Shown one piece after another: positions 52,001 through 64,000 of a DNA stretch of 64,000 nt (positions within the stretch are counted from its first letter, which is position 1; each line of letters starts with the position of its first letter). Position numbers and translations under genes: made by a program. The notes under the pieces were generated by a model, which was not told where the DNA came from, did not search any database, and saw only the letters and a list, made by a program, of their open reading frames with translations. The stretch lies in the NCBI GenBank assembly GCA_964247055.1, contig OZ176053.1, positions 12,648,001 through 12,712,000 of the forward strand, written 5' to 3'. The DNA is from Paragordius varius. Lineage: Eukaryota; Animalia; Nematomorpha.

Positions 52001-54769
52001 TTTTCGAATTTCGGCACATTATTAGCTAAAATTGTCAAAATAATTAGTAGTTAAAAATATAATAAAAGATTTCAACCAAAATATTATTTCACATGAAATT
52101 GTAAATAAAATTTGGTTAATTTAAATATTTTGTAAGTCCGAGAACATAGTTGATTAAAAAAAGTCAAACCAATTAACTAACATTGTTGAAATAGTAAAAC
52201 ATGAAAAAATTTTCAATTAAGCTGATTGCTAATATTGAAATGGAACAGTTTAATTTTACATTTAATTTGTAATGTTATAGTGTAGTGTAATGTGTAGCAG
52301 ATTTTTCCATAGACAATGACATTAAAGAAGAATAAAAAAGCGCTAATATAAGGTAACATTTCCCAGATTGCTTTTGGAAGCTCTTTGCAATACAAAAGGC
52401 AAACATCTATCTGTTTTACCAATGTTCAAAAAAAAGATTAAAATTGATTCTCATTTATTTTATCGTAATTTGTAAAATAATTGTATATTTTTATTTTCTT
52501 TCGTGATTATGAGCCCACGAATGCCGAAAAAAACTGATTTGGGTAAAATCTATTAATCATTGGTTAATTTGATCATTCAGTCTTAATTCAAACATCTTTT
52601 TAATCAATAAAAGAAACGTTGGGGACTACATTTAATTCTAACATCGCTTCTTAACAAACATTGACAGTAGTTTAATAAAACCAAATTTTAAGCTTAATAA
52701 GGCAGCGTAATTCTTCCCTCATAAAAATATTCTGTGTATAGGAATATTCAATAAAGATAATCATTATCATTATTTTCACACAAAATATCCAATTTGTATA
52801 TATTGTATTATTCCTACAATAGCTAAGAATATATATAATAATTATTCCCTAATGTCATCTTTGGTGTGTGCTGCTATGTGGCGGAGAACAAATAATTAAT
52901 TTTAATTCTTGAAAAAAGAATTTTTTTTTCAACATTATTACAAAAATGATTTTTTCCAACCTATTTATTTAGTGATATTCCTAATCCTAAGTAATTGATA
53001 ATTTGGAAAATTCGATATTAGGGTACGTATTTATCTGTAATTAAATTTAATTTAAATGCAAAGTTTGTTTTATAGTTAATTGATAGAAAAAGAAGACAAT
53101 AAATTTAAGTTATATTTTAAAATATGGCCTTAAATTACAACATAAATCTTAACGGACAGTTTTTGAGATTTATTAATTAGAGTTGAATATCAAATAAAAT
53201 TAAAAAAGACCCATAAAAACCGTTAATATATATTTTTTACTATTCTAATACTTGAGTCATATTTGGTTAATGTTAATATGTTATATAGGATGTTTGATGG
53301 TTGAGGTGCTCTATATTTCTTAGCAAAAGTTGTATCAACTTAGTTTTTTCCCTAATTTTTAATCATTTGGCGATTATTATTAGACCAACTTTTATTTGTA
53401 TTATAAGAAGAGAGAATTAATTTTTTTTGGATAAATATTCATACTATGTGTAATTTCATCTTATGAATATGGAAGATTTGGTCCTCTAAATATGCATAAT
53501 TTTAACAATCATAAAGTATTTTCAATTTTTTGTATTGTATAAGCTTTATAAGCATTATGTCGTTTATTGAAGAGTTGTCTTTTGATTGATTAAATTTTTT
53601 GGCACAATAAATAAAGAGAGAAAACTTAAAAGTATAGTTTGTGGTGTGGTATATGTATCAATTTATATTTATAAACAAGATTTCCAAGTCGTCCATAAGG
53701 GATTTGAGCGTTTTTATATATTCATAAAATAATTTTAGTTTTGTTTGGAGGTTGCGTATTTTCGAAATATATGTATTTTTGCGTATTTTGTCTTCTGTAT
53801 ATAATACGATTTACAACATTGTAATGCCTATTCTCTTATTTTATGGATATTTGATTTTATAGGCGTTAAAATGACAAATACTTAAAATTAATTTTCAATG
53901 ATAATTCACCATATTTATCGCATTTTTTGTAATTTAAATTTGGTGGATTATTGTGTTGTGACCTTGGTTCCAAAAAAAACATTTTTTAAGCAATAAAATT
54001 TAATATTACAATTTAGTGTATTTGCAATTTCTCCTAAGCAGGAAGATTGTTATAATTTATCGCCATTTTTTATAAAACTATCTTCTCAAAGCTTAACATA
54101 AATTCCTCTATTGTAAGATTTTGGCACACATATATAGCGAGAGACATTCTTCTGCATAGGTGTGCAAAACACAATTAATTTTCTTTTTAATTAGGATATT
54201 TATAAAACGTTTTTCAAAAAAGGCATTTCAATTAGCATTAATTGGTGGTGTCATGTTTTAGAAAGTGCAAAACTGTTTTCTCATCACATTCACAATGCAA
54301 TAAAATCTTGCTTAAAGTTTATAACGTAAACTCTTATTAAAATGAATTTTAAATTTTACATAGAGACGACACTAAATTATTTTATCGAATTCGATAGCTA
54401 GAAAAGTTTAATATATAGCCCTGTAAAGAAAATATATATTTTTTCTATTTATTCGGCAAACTTATATTTTTACCAATAAATATTTTGTTACAAATAAATC
54501 AAAATCTATAGCACACATGCAAAAAAAGGTTTGAACGTGAGATATTAATTAAAATAAAAGAAACACCGTTGTTTTGACATTCGTCGCTCCTTTATTTTAA
54601 AAATTAATTGCATTCCAGCGGCCATTGCCGTTTTGATCTCAAAACATCTCTTACGATAGATAGATAGATACTATATACTCTTCTCTGTTTTGCATTTTAG
54701 ATATTTGTGACATCTTATGACAAAAGCCATCGCACCTCTTCGCATATAAATTATTTTAACTTAACATCA

Positions 54770-56971
54770 ATGAACCAAATACTGCCCACACTGATCGATA
54801 CGTATTTTCGATTTCAGTATTTTATTGAAAGCAAAATTTCAAACCCAAACACTCGAAAGTTGTATGTTTTGTTGATAGTTTGTATTGCCTTATTGTTGGA
54901 TAATATGTTGTACATGGTCATAGTACCAATCATTCCAGATTATTTGGCACATTTAAACAAAGCCAACAATAAGATCGCACAAAATACTAACACTCTCAAA
55001 TTAAATGATGTTGCCTCTGCAAAATATATAAATGCCTCTTTTTCTACGCAAACGGGGCCCATAATAATTGAGGAGTTTTATAAAAGACCCAGGAAAAGTA
55101 TTGAACAAGCGCATAAACTCTCAGAATCAAATATAGTTTTAATTACAAAAGTCTCACGTTCAAACCTTTTTTATGGAAATACTTTTCCCTTATCAACTCA
55201 TTCCTCGGCTTTGATTCGGAAAAAGCGCCAATCAAAAAATAAATTTAAAAGACGAACCACTCCTCACACCATAGAGTACGAATACATTTACTACGATGAT
55301 GGAAAAAATTATGATGTACAATCTCCTCCATCCGCCATCAAGCCAAAATACGCTCAGCCTCCCTGGACAACCAAAAGGACAAGACCTCCTGGGATGTCAA
55401 TAAGTTTATTTACCACACCGCGTAGAATACCTACAACGTCGCATATTCCGCGAGATAGAAAAGAACAAATTAAGGAAGTAATGGTTCATTCGATGGCAGC
55501 CTCCCAGTCAGATGTGGTGACTGAAAATGAGAATCAGGATGTGTCCATCGGCGTTTTGTTTGCGTCCAAAGCAATTCTTCAACTTTGCATTAATCCCTTT
55601 TCCGGTGCCATTATTGATCGAGTAGGATATGACAGACCACTGTTGTTTGGACTTATTGTTATGTTTGCATCCACTATATTCTTTACATGGGCTAAGAGTT
55701 ATGGTGCCCTCTTTTTTGCAAGAAGTCTCCAAGGTCTGGGTTCAGCTTTCGCAGATACCTCTGGATTAGCCATGATCGTCGATCAATTTACCAATGAAGC
55801 CGAAAGAACAAAAGCTTTGGGATGGACTCTTGCCTGCATTTCTTTTGGAAGCTTAGTAGCTCCACCATTTGGAGGTGTCCTCTACCAATTTTTGGGCAAA
55901 AAATGGCCATTTCTTGTCCTAGCATTTATATGTTTATTCGATGCATTTCTTCTCATACCGATCATGAGGGACATTCATCGCAAGCATAAGGAGTATCGTA
56001 AAAGTTTGAGTGTTAATAGAACAGGAAGTTTCAAACGAAAGTCTTTAATGTTAAGTGGATCGCTTCGCGGATCTATCGATTCCCCCAACAATGGAAATTG
56101 GTCTCCGGAAACTACGAAAAATCCTCCGCCTCCCATTCAGCCAACTCCCATTTATCGTTTACTTATGGATCCGTATATATTAATTGTTGCTGGGGCTTTA
56201 AGTATGTCTAATGTCAGTTTAGCCTTTCTGGAACCAACCATAGCAGTTTGGATGCAAAAAACAATGAACGCATCAGAATGGCAAATTGGTTTAGTGTGGC
56301 TTTTTGGTTTTCCGCCTCACTTGTTGGGCGTTTATATGACAGTTAAGCTAGCAAGGTCCTACCCAAAATATCAATGGTTTATGGCAGCGCTGGGACTAGC
56401 TCTCGAAGGTGTCAGTTCCTTTATGGTTCCTCTAGCTCGAAATTATTGGGCATTGATAGTGCCTATCAGTGGAATATGTTTCGGAATTGCTTTGGTGGAT
56501 ACGGCTCTTTTACCCACGCTGGGATATGTTGTCGATCTCTTTTACGTTTCCATATATGGTAGCGTTTACGCCATAGCGGATATATCGTATTGTATGGCTT
56601 ATGCATTTGGACCGATCTTAGCGGGCCGAGCTGTCCGAGATATGGGTTTTCTGAATATGAATATTGGTATCGCACTGAGTAACATAATATATGCCCCTCT
56701 ACTCATCGCACTCAAAAATATTTATAAATATCAACCGATTGAAGGAGATTACGAAAATCTTGCTACACTTATAGGAACCGATGAAGTGATACTCATGACA
56801 GATAGTCGGCAAAAAACTGAAACATCAGACTTGTATGATCCTTACACAAAGCTACAATATTACAATGATGATAATACAACGACCGATATATACAACAAAA
56901 ATATCCATTCAACCTATGATAATTCTATGGACTCTGAAACTGAAACTAATGAAAGAGAAACCTTAAATTGA
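54770..56971 (+). CDS. VAChT: Vesicular acetylcholine transporter (SLC18A3/unc-17 orthologue), intronless, 733 aa from first in-frame ATG
   Basis: SLC18 motifs [88 protein letters not shown]. Lies directly upstream of ChAT on the same strand. Splice acceptor ttttgcattttag ends at 54700. Confidence 0.97.
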   Translation: MNQILPTLIDTYFRFQYFIESKISNPNTRKLYVLLIVCIALLLDNMLYMVIVPIIPDYLAHLNKANNKIAQNTNTLKLNDVASAKYINASFSTQTGPIIIEEFYKRPRKSIEQAHKLSESNIVLITKVSRSNLFYGNTFPLSTHSSALIRKKRQSKNKFKRRTTPHTIEYEYIYYDDGKNYDVQSPPSAIKPKYAQPPWTTKRTRPPGMSISLFTTPRRIPTTSHIPRDRKEQIKEVMVHSMAASQSDVVTENENQDVSIGVLFASKAILQLCINPFSGAIIDRVGYDRPLLFGLIVMFASTIFFTWAKSYGALFFARSLQGLGSAFADTSGLAMIVDQFTNEAERTKALGWTLACISFGSLVAPPFGGVLYQFLGKKWPFLVLAFICLFDAFLLIPIMRDIHRKHKEYRKSLSVNRTGSFKRKSLMLSGSLRGSIDSPNNGNWSPETTKNPPPPIQPTPIYRLLMDPYILIVAGALSMSNVSLAFLEPTIAVWMQKTMNASEWQIGLVWLFGFPPHLLGVYMTVKLARSYPKYQWFMAALGLALEGVSSFMVPLARNYWALIVPISGICFGIALVDTALLPTLGYVVDLFYVSIYGSVYAIADISYCMAYAFGPILAGRAVRDMGFLNMNIGIALSNIIYAPLLIALKNIYKYQPIEGDYENLATLIGTDEVILMTDSRQKTETSDLYDPYTKLQYYNDDNTTTDIYNKNIHSTYDNSMDSETETNERETLN

Positions 56972-57127
56972 ATAATCGCAGCATACTTAAACATTATCTC
57001 ATTTGATAACTTATTATTATTATTATCTAATTTCTTTCCATGTGCAATAACAATTTTATTTTTCATGTTTTTTTTTGCCACAAAGTAGCCATATAGAAAA
57101 GATTTTGTACACATTCACTTCATGACA

Positions 57128-57133
57128 AATAAA
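57128..57133 (+). terminator. Probable VAChT polyadenylation signal AATAAA
   Basis: 157 nt after the VAChT stop, with GT-rich sequence downstream (ctgttgtgta). AATAAA is common in AT-rich DNA. Confidence 0.45.
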
Positions 57134-57510
57134 TTTGATAGTTTAGTACACTGTTGTGTATATATTTCATACATGATTGGCCTTATACAAAATAGAGCGT
57201 TTTAATCAATACAAAAATTTAAACTAACATGATTGATGTCTTTTTGGCGTGAATAGGAAAATTTTTTGAAAATAAAATATCTCAAAATTAAAAATTATCT
57301 ATCACATTAAAATTTTAATTTGTAAGCACCACCAAATTTTTTAAGAAAGCAAACACTAAAAACGCAAATAAAACTTATAAAAATGCAAGAAAGAATTCAT
57401 TGAAGCCTAAATTTAATCAATAGATGATTTTGTAGTATCACTTTAAAATACTAGTTGTCTATAATTTATCTGCACGTAATTTAGAATAAAAAGGACAATC
57501 AACTTGACAA

Positions 57511-60500
57511 ATGAGTATTAGAAGGAGATCAAAACCAACGTTACATCGACAGGTATTACATGGTTTATAATGGCTTAACTGTATTTATTTGATGTATCGA
57601 ACTAAAAGTATTTGAGTAATAGGTCTCGTGTTTACTAAGACTACCTCTGCCACCCGTTCAAGAAACTTTAGAAAAATATGCTGAAAGTTTAAAACCGTTT
57701 GTCGATGCTGAATATTTGGAAAACCTACAAAGATTGATTGAAAGATTGTGTTCTTCCCCATCTAGTATTGGTCTTCAACTACAAGATTATATCGAAGAAT
57801 ATAGTGATAATCATATAAATTGGGTAGGTATACAATATACAACGCCAATGCACATATATTAATATAAATTTTAAAAAATGGTTTGCTATTCCAACCGTTT
57901 TTAAATAAATGACTTGTTTTAGGCATACAAGCTTTGGATCGATGATATGTACATGAATCAAAGACTTGCGCTTCCCATCAACATTAATCCTGGGATGGTG
58001 ATGCCACCTCAGGACTTTCCAGATCTCACCTCTTTTACATGGTCAGTAAAGAAAATGATATTATACTATAAGTTATGAAAGAAGTTGTTGTTTATCACAT
58101 AATTAATTTTTACAATTTCCGAAGAATATTTACAAGGTACCTATTAAACAAAAAAAATATATTTTTAAAATTAATTAATTCAAAATCTATCCATAACTTT
58201 CAAAGCGCCCCTCCTAAAGATTTTTTAGGCAGGAGCCGTATGATAAAATAATACATTAAAATATGTGGTTTAGAAAGAAAGGTTTTTTTAGTTAGCTCAA
58301 CCAAATATCACAAGATTAAACTAAAAATTTACATAATTCAGTTTATTCTCCTCGAACAAAGGTAGCAGAAAAAATATATAATATCGCAATTGTTTTTCGA
58401 ACCATTACACGTGGCTGTTAAAAAACAAAAAGACTGATATTTACCGATTGTATTGTTATTGATCAATAGATAATGATGATTAGGACGCTATTATAAATTG
58501 ACCGTATTTTATATATTAAACTAATTTTACCTTCATACAAGTATATTAGATTTTAAATTTAATTATTAAGTTATCCATATTAATGCCTTATCTGGTAAGA
58601 AATAATGCAATAGTCATCAATTTTATTATTAGCCCTTGCTATGTCAGTGATAGTTTATGTTTAGGTCACCAATGAAACAATTCTTTTTGATCAAACTTTT
58701 GGAAAAAATCATTATTTATTTGGATTATATTATCTAACCATAGATATTATTATTATAAATATTTTGAAAGAATTTTAGAAAAAATTTGTATTAAATTACA
58801 AGTAAATGACGCCTTTTTTAAAAGGAAGTTGTTAGTTATTTGTGATAAAGGTCTGTTCTTCCGTCATTTATGACATAGGTTTGCAAGCCATGTGGTCCGC
58901 AACGTTCTACGGTTTCGGCGAATTATAGAAAACAATGAAGTCAATCCAGATTATGTGAGTGAGCGCTTTAAACAACATCTCTGTATGCAACAGTACCAAC
59001 ACATATTTGACTGTTATCGCTGTCCCGGACTAGTCAAAGATGAGTGGATCTTTTCACCTTTTTCATCCACTTATATTTGCGTGGCTCATCGGAATAGAGT
59101 AAATATTCTCAAACGTTTTTTTTGCAATAAATTAAATGATAAAATATCATTAAATCAATTTATTTCTCGTTCAAAATAATAGTTATACAAGGTGCAAGTT
59201 ATGAAAGAAAACCAAGACATAATGGATGTAAATGACATCAATCTCCAGTTATATAATATTGTAACCTTAAACCAGGCGAAATTACGTATTGAAGAAAGTG
59301 TAAATTTTTTGACCACGTTACCTCGCACAGAATGGGCCTATATTCGAGAAAATCATTTAATGAAAAGTAAGTTAACTGCAAATATAAAATATTTGACATT
59401 TTTACTTTTTTATATGGTAGATGAAACCAATTATGCCAATCTACAGACCATTCAAAATTGTTTATTTATGCTTTGTTTGGATGAAGCTTTGGTTGGTGAC
59501 ATACAAGGTTTATAAAAATATAATCTTTAAAACATGAAAAATAAAAAAATATAAAAGGCAGGCAAACAGTATTTATTGATTCGATATTAACCTCCTAATT
59601 TAGGCACCAAAAATTATTTTATTAAGCCTTAAAACCCACAACAATCCTCTTTAACTGAGCATATCATAAAAACTTTATGAAATGGCCAATTATATTTTTA
59701 CATTTAAATATAGCTAAAAGTAGAAGTAAAGAATCCCTCTTTTACCAGGCAGTGCATGGATCGGGTTGCCATCATAATTCTGGAAACCGCTGGTTTGACA
59801 AAACCATACAAGTCATTTAATAATTTTATTTGTCCATAGATAATTATTGGAAAAGATGGCTTTTACGGAATGTCGTATGAGCACTCTGTGTGTGAAGCCT
59901 TAGTCATTATACGATTGTTTGAATATGTTTGGGCAAATTTGTAAGTTTTTTACTTTTATTGTGTACTTTAGAGACTTTACTACCATAAAACAAACCGCTT
60001 GCCAAAATTTGAATCAATCTCAAAAGCAATCGATTCCCATAAAAGAGTTGAATTGGGATCTTACACCGGAACTCACTGATATTGTGGCAAGAGCAGCCAT
60101 TTATTCAAACGAGTAAGTATTTAACCTGTGTTTAATGTAATTATAATCTTAATATTTCATAGTCAAGCCTCTAGACTAGAGGCATCAATTTTGTGTTTTG
60201 AGGGATATGGAAGAGAATTTCCAAAATCTCAAAATTGTTCTCCAGACGGGTTCATCCAATTAGCATTGCAACTCACATATTACAAGTTTTTTTACTTTAA
60301 ATGCCCTTTTGTTACTTCGGTACAAAATTAATTTATTTATTTATTTAAATTCAGGTGTCATAACAAAATTGTTCACACGTATGAAAGTGCGTCCTTGAGA
60401 AGATTCATAAAAGGTCGAGTCGATAACATAAGGGCAGCTCATGCACAAGCTCTGTCCTGGGTGAAAGCTATGCAAAATCCGAATTCTGATGTAAAATTTC

Positions 60501-61134
60501 TAATTATTACCATAATTTTGTATTTAACACATTTATATTAATTTAGATTGAAACTAAATTGAGGCTTTTTGATGATGCAATCGAACGCCAAGCTGTCATA
60601 ATTCAACAGGTAAAAAATGGTTAAAACATTTGTACTTTTCATGTTGTTTAATATTGAGTTTTATATCTAACAGAATATCAAAGGACATGGAATAGATAAT
60701 CATATGTTGGCAATGCGAGTTTTGGGAGAAGAATCGGGTCTAAAAATTAAAGAAATTTTTGAAAGTAAAGAGTATGCAGAATGGAATTATTTCAAACTTT
60801 CCACTAGTCAAGTATAATTACACTTTGAAAAATTTTAATGATGCATTTTAAGTTTTTTATTTCCCATTATATTATAATTATCTCAATTTAGATTCCGACA
60901 AAAGAGAACTTTTTCATGGGTTATGGACCCGTTGTCCATGATGGGTATGGCTGTTCATACAATCCTCATGCTTCAAGCATAGTTTTTGTGATATCTGCAT
61001 TTTCTGATTATCCAGAGACCAACATTCAGCAATTTCGAGAGAATCTTATAGAAAGTTTGCATGAAATGAAAGAATTATTGTTAACCGAAGAAAAGTTGTT
61101 AAGTTTAACTGATTGCTCCATTAGCACAACTTAG
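57511..61134 (+). CDS. ChAT: Choline O-acetyltransferase, 14 coding exons
   Basis: Exons 57511-57552, 57623-57823, 57923-58041, 58879-59099, 59183-59366, 59421-59507, 59714-59811, 59840-59940, 59972-60112, 60163-60285, 60355-60490, 60547-60609, 60674-60811, 60892-61134. Motifs [31 protein letters not shown], catalytic [32 protein letters not shown] (ChAT-type VDN), [19 protein letters not shown]. Confidence 0.97.
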
Positions 61135-61382
61135 TGAACAAAATCTAATAACCTTTTGATATGTTTATCCATATAAATTATTATATGTTTGTATCTGTAA
61201 AGGTATAACTTATTAATGTAAAATTGATTTATTCAAAAATTATTGGCAGTGCATTATTATAAAGAACACACAGATTAGAATGGTAAATTCAAACATTAAA
61301 ATAATTAATTTTGTAAAATGACTATTTGTAAGTGTAATAATAAATTTAAAATGTGAATTGTTTTAATGGTTATATTGAATCT

Positions 61383-64000
61383 TCAAAATATGGCGTGTAT
61401 CTTGTTTTCATAGTCCGGTTTGTCGCCTCTCCTATACATATATATACATATAAATAGATTTTGATCAATCATATCATATAATTTAAATAAAAATGTATTA
61501 CGACTGTTTTTATCGCCATCCTTATCATTGTTGCTTGATCGATCTTTGGTCAACGATTCATCAAACGTGGATTGGAGCGAATGAGTTGATGAATAACGCG
61601 TTCCCCCCAAATGATCAAATATGGAAGAACTTCGGGATCGGGAAGCATATTCAGAAGTTCCAACACTTGAAGATCCACAATCAATTCCTTCGTCCTCAAC
61701 ATTGTGATTGCTGGCTGGTGTTGTTGTTGTTGTTGAGGAGGGTAAGGGCCAGCAAATAGAAGACCGTTTTCCCATATTAGCGGATATAGGGAACGGTGAG
61801 TTAGTCAAAGACCGAGAAATCGGGTCAGAAGGAACACTTGAATTCCGTATATTACATTCTTTTAACAAGATAGATGTGGACGTTGAAACACTTTTCCCCA
61901 TGTAGGATGACACGCACGAATAAATACCCTGATCTGACTCCTCCAAATCATGAACCAGTAAAACGTGTCGAGTTTCTCCTAGTTTCAGCACATTATATTT
62001 GGGTGATGCGCAAATCTCCTCCTCATCTTTAAACCTAATCAGTATTGGGTGATGTTAATTTTGATTAGAAAGAAAGTTGTGGCAAAAAAAGTAAAATAAA
62101 TGAAAATACCAACAAACGATGGATGTTATAGGGGCATCGATCAAAGTTTCTAACCGTAATGATTTGCCTTCGGCAGCGGCCATATTTTTCAACGGGGACA
62201 TTATTTTCATCTTATATTCTTTGAATATATAAAGATAGATTTTTATTATGAAAACAAACTAAAAATTTTATGATAATTCGCTAGAATATATTTTTTATGT
62301 TGCAATTAGGTAAAATACCTGGACATTTTGGCTTAAATGATTTTGGTGTCGCCTCGGTGCTTTGTGTTGATTTAATAGGTTTTGTTTTCACAACTTGGGT
62401 TGATTTAATCTAAATAAAAAATTAATTATAATAAAATATTATTAAAATTTTATGTTGAAAATTTAATTATTTATCGTAAATATTATCATTTGTAAAACGA
62501 ACGTTTCCTTGAATTATAACTTATATAATCGCATCCCTTGTAGAATTTCCTTTTACAAAAATTTTTAGAATTAATATTTAGCAAAGCTTCAATATCAATG
62601 TTATGATTGATAATTTAACGTAAGAATCATCACTGATATCTAAAAGGGTTAATAGGATATAAACAAAATTTTGAATTTACTGGTGTATGGTATTTAAAAA
62701 AAGTTTTATGGTAAAATTAATACTAATAAATTATTAGATAAAATGATTCCATCATTTTTCCATTGAATTTTTGGGATTTTGGAGTCAATCGTAACTTTCA
62801 CCCTGGTTAGCTTCAACAATTTTAACCGTAATTCTAAAAATCGACTTATTCGTGGCATATCTATAAAAATCAAAAAAAATCTCTATTATATATTTATATA
62901 ACAGAAAAAGATAACATATTCAAATTATGTTTTTATTTCTGATTCTCGAGCTATTAAAATAAAATAAGAATAATAGCGGCTTACTATTTATGTGAATACC
63001 CAAAAATCGATAAATACTTAAATTTTTCAAATATCTTATTTTTAGGTAAAATCACTATCTCAGTGGTTGTTAATCATATGCCATTAATGCTATAACAATA
63101 TTCTTATTAATTACAAAAATTTCACCATTACCACTTAAAACCCATTTTAGAATATATACGGTTACCAATATAATCGTCGCTCAAAATTGGATTATTTCGC
63201 AGTTGAGTGGTGGGAAGTGGGCCCTCACGTATTAAACCATAATGGAAAGCAGAATGATACGACCCCGAAGATCTGTCATTACTTTGTTTATCAACTATCA
63301 TGAGAGTAAAGAAGGCAGATGCCGACCCATATTTGTTGGTAAAAATACATTCATAGTTTCCATCATCCGCTAATTGGCATGAAAAAATGTGAAAAATTGC
63401 CGAATTGTATTGTTCTTCTATGGAGGTGCCTAAAATTCTATAAATAAAAATGGCTATATACATAACAAAATATTGGCTTGTGATTGATTTAATCACTTTT
63501 AAGCAATATTAAGAAAAAAATATTTTAAAGGTTATCTACCTAACAGGGAGGTTATCCTTTAACCAATTAATGAGTACTGGCCGGTCTTCAGACTCGAAAT
63601 CAATTTGAATAGAAAAGGGATCTTTAACCTTTATAGGATATAACATTAAATAGTTAATTAATTTTAGATAAACGCAAGATATAAAATTTAAACGATTGTG
63701 AAAAAACCTTAAGTATAAAGAGCTTAGGAGCCAACGATAAGCTAAAATCATTGAGCAACGTCGGTCTTCGCCCAATATGAGGTGTCATAATTTCCGAGGC
63801 AGCAGACATTTGTCCCAAGCCAGCAGCATTAACTGCACAGACACGATAACTAAATCCGGGGGTGTCTTCTGGCACGTCAATTATAAGAGGACCGCCGTTT
63901 TCATCTAATGTAAGGGAGCTGCTTTGGCTACTTGATATCGATCTTTTGGGGTACTTTTTAAGTCTATGAACAAATAAGACGTAAATTTATACCTAAAAAG
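61383..64000 (-). CDS. 3' portion of an FN3/Ig-domain protein (titin/twitchin/MyBP-C-like); 5' part outside the window
   Basis: FN3 end FSYRVCAVNAAGLG. Ig domains INWLKDNLPV..ADDGNYECIFTNKYGSASAFFTL and FKDEEEI..HVLLVHDLEESDQGIYSCV. Low-complexity S/T tail. Exact orthology and internal exons (62.0-63.1 kb) not resolved. Confidence 0.75.

Noticed and set aside
45200-54700. COE/UNC-3 sites (TCCCNNGGGA) expected for cholinergic genes
   Set aside because: No convincing match seen by eye; near-matches such as 50550-50566 deviate from the consensus.
54707-54769. GTG-initiated N-terminal extension of VAChT in the ORF track
   Set aside because: The first in-frame ATG is at 54770. The extension may be coding only if an upstream exon supplies a start, and there is no evidence for that.
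53936-57339. 11-nt complementary pair aaatttggtgg (53936-53946) / ccaccaaattt (57329-57339) flanking VAChT, like the paired elements of the nematode unc-17/cha-1 locus
   Set aside because: It does not extend on either side and is about what chance gives in this AT-rich search space. A systematic inverted-repeat and conservation search is needed.
18831-61905. Opposite-strand or off-frame ORFs over real exons (e.g. 18831-19064, 36934-37143, 42507-42758, 55508-55732, 56374-56675, 61493-61905)
   Set aside because: Shadow ORFs of GC-richer coding sequence, with no recognisable motifs.
1-64000. tRNA, rRNA or snRNA genes
   Set aside because: No cloverleaf, A/B-box pair or rRNA/snRNA signature recognised by eye; tRNAscan-SE/Infernal would be needed to exclude them.

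Overview
Very AT-rich eukaryotic DNA with spliceosomal GT-AG introns, from a bilaterian invertebrate (inferred from gene content; species not determinable here). Genes reconstructed by hand from splice phases: a 5-exon Cys/His-rich metallothionein-like gene absent from the ORF track (2671-3330,+); a B-Myb-like factor with R2R3 but no detectable R1 (7447-15740,+); an ankyrin/SOCS-box protein (17936-19848,-); an orphan with a Cys cluster and KKVRF motif (21907-22758,-); Plexin-A (25669-45114,-); the cholinergic locus, with intronless VAChT (54770-56971,+) followed by 14-exon ChAT (57511-61134,+); and the 3' part of an FN3/Ig muscle-type gene (61383-64000,-). Non-coding DNA holds foldback/MITE elements, Helitron-like ends and a fossil mariner. 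Most notable: homology-supported ultra-short introns (28 and 31 nt in ChAT, probably 23 nt in the ankyrin gene), the hidden metallothionein-like gene, the R1-less Myb, and a ~200-aa VAChT luminal loop with convertase-type sites. No rRNA, tRNA or CRISPR array recognised. All exon models are manual and unconfirmed by transcripts.
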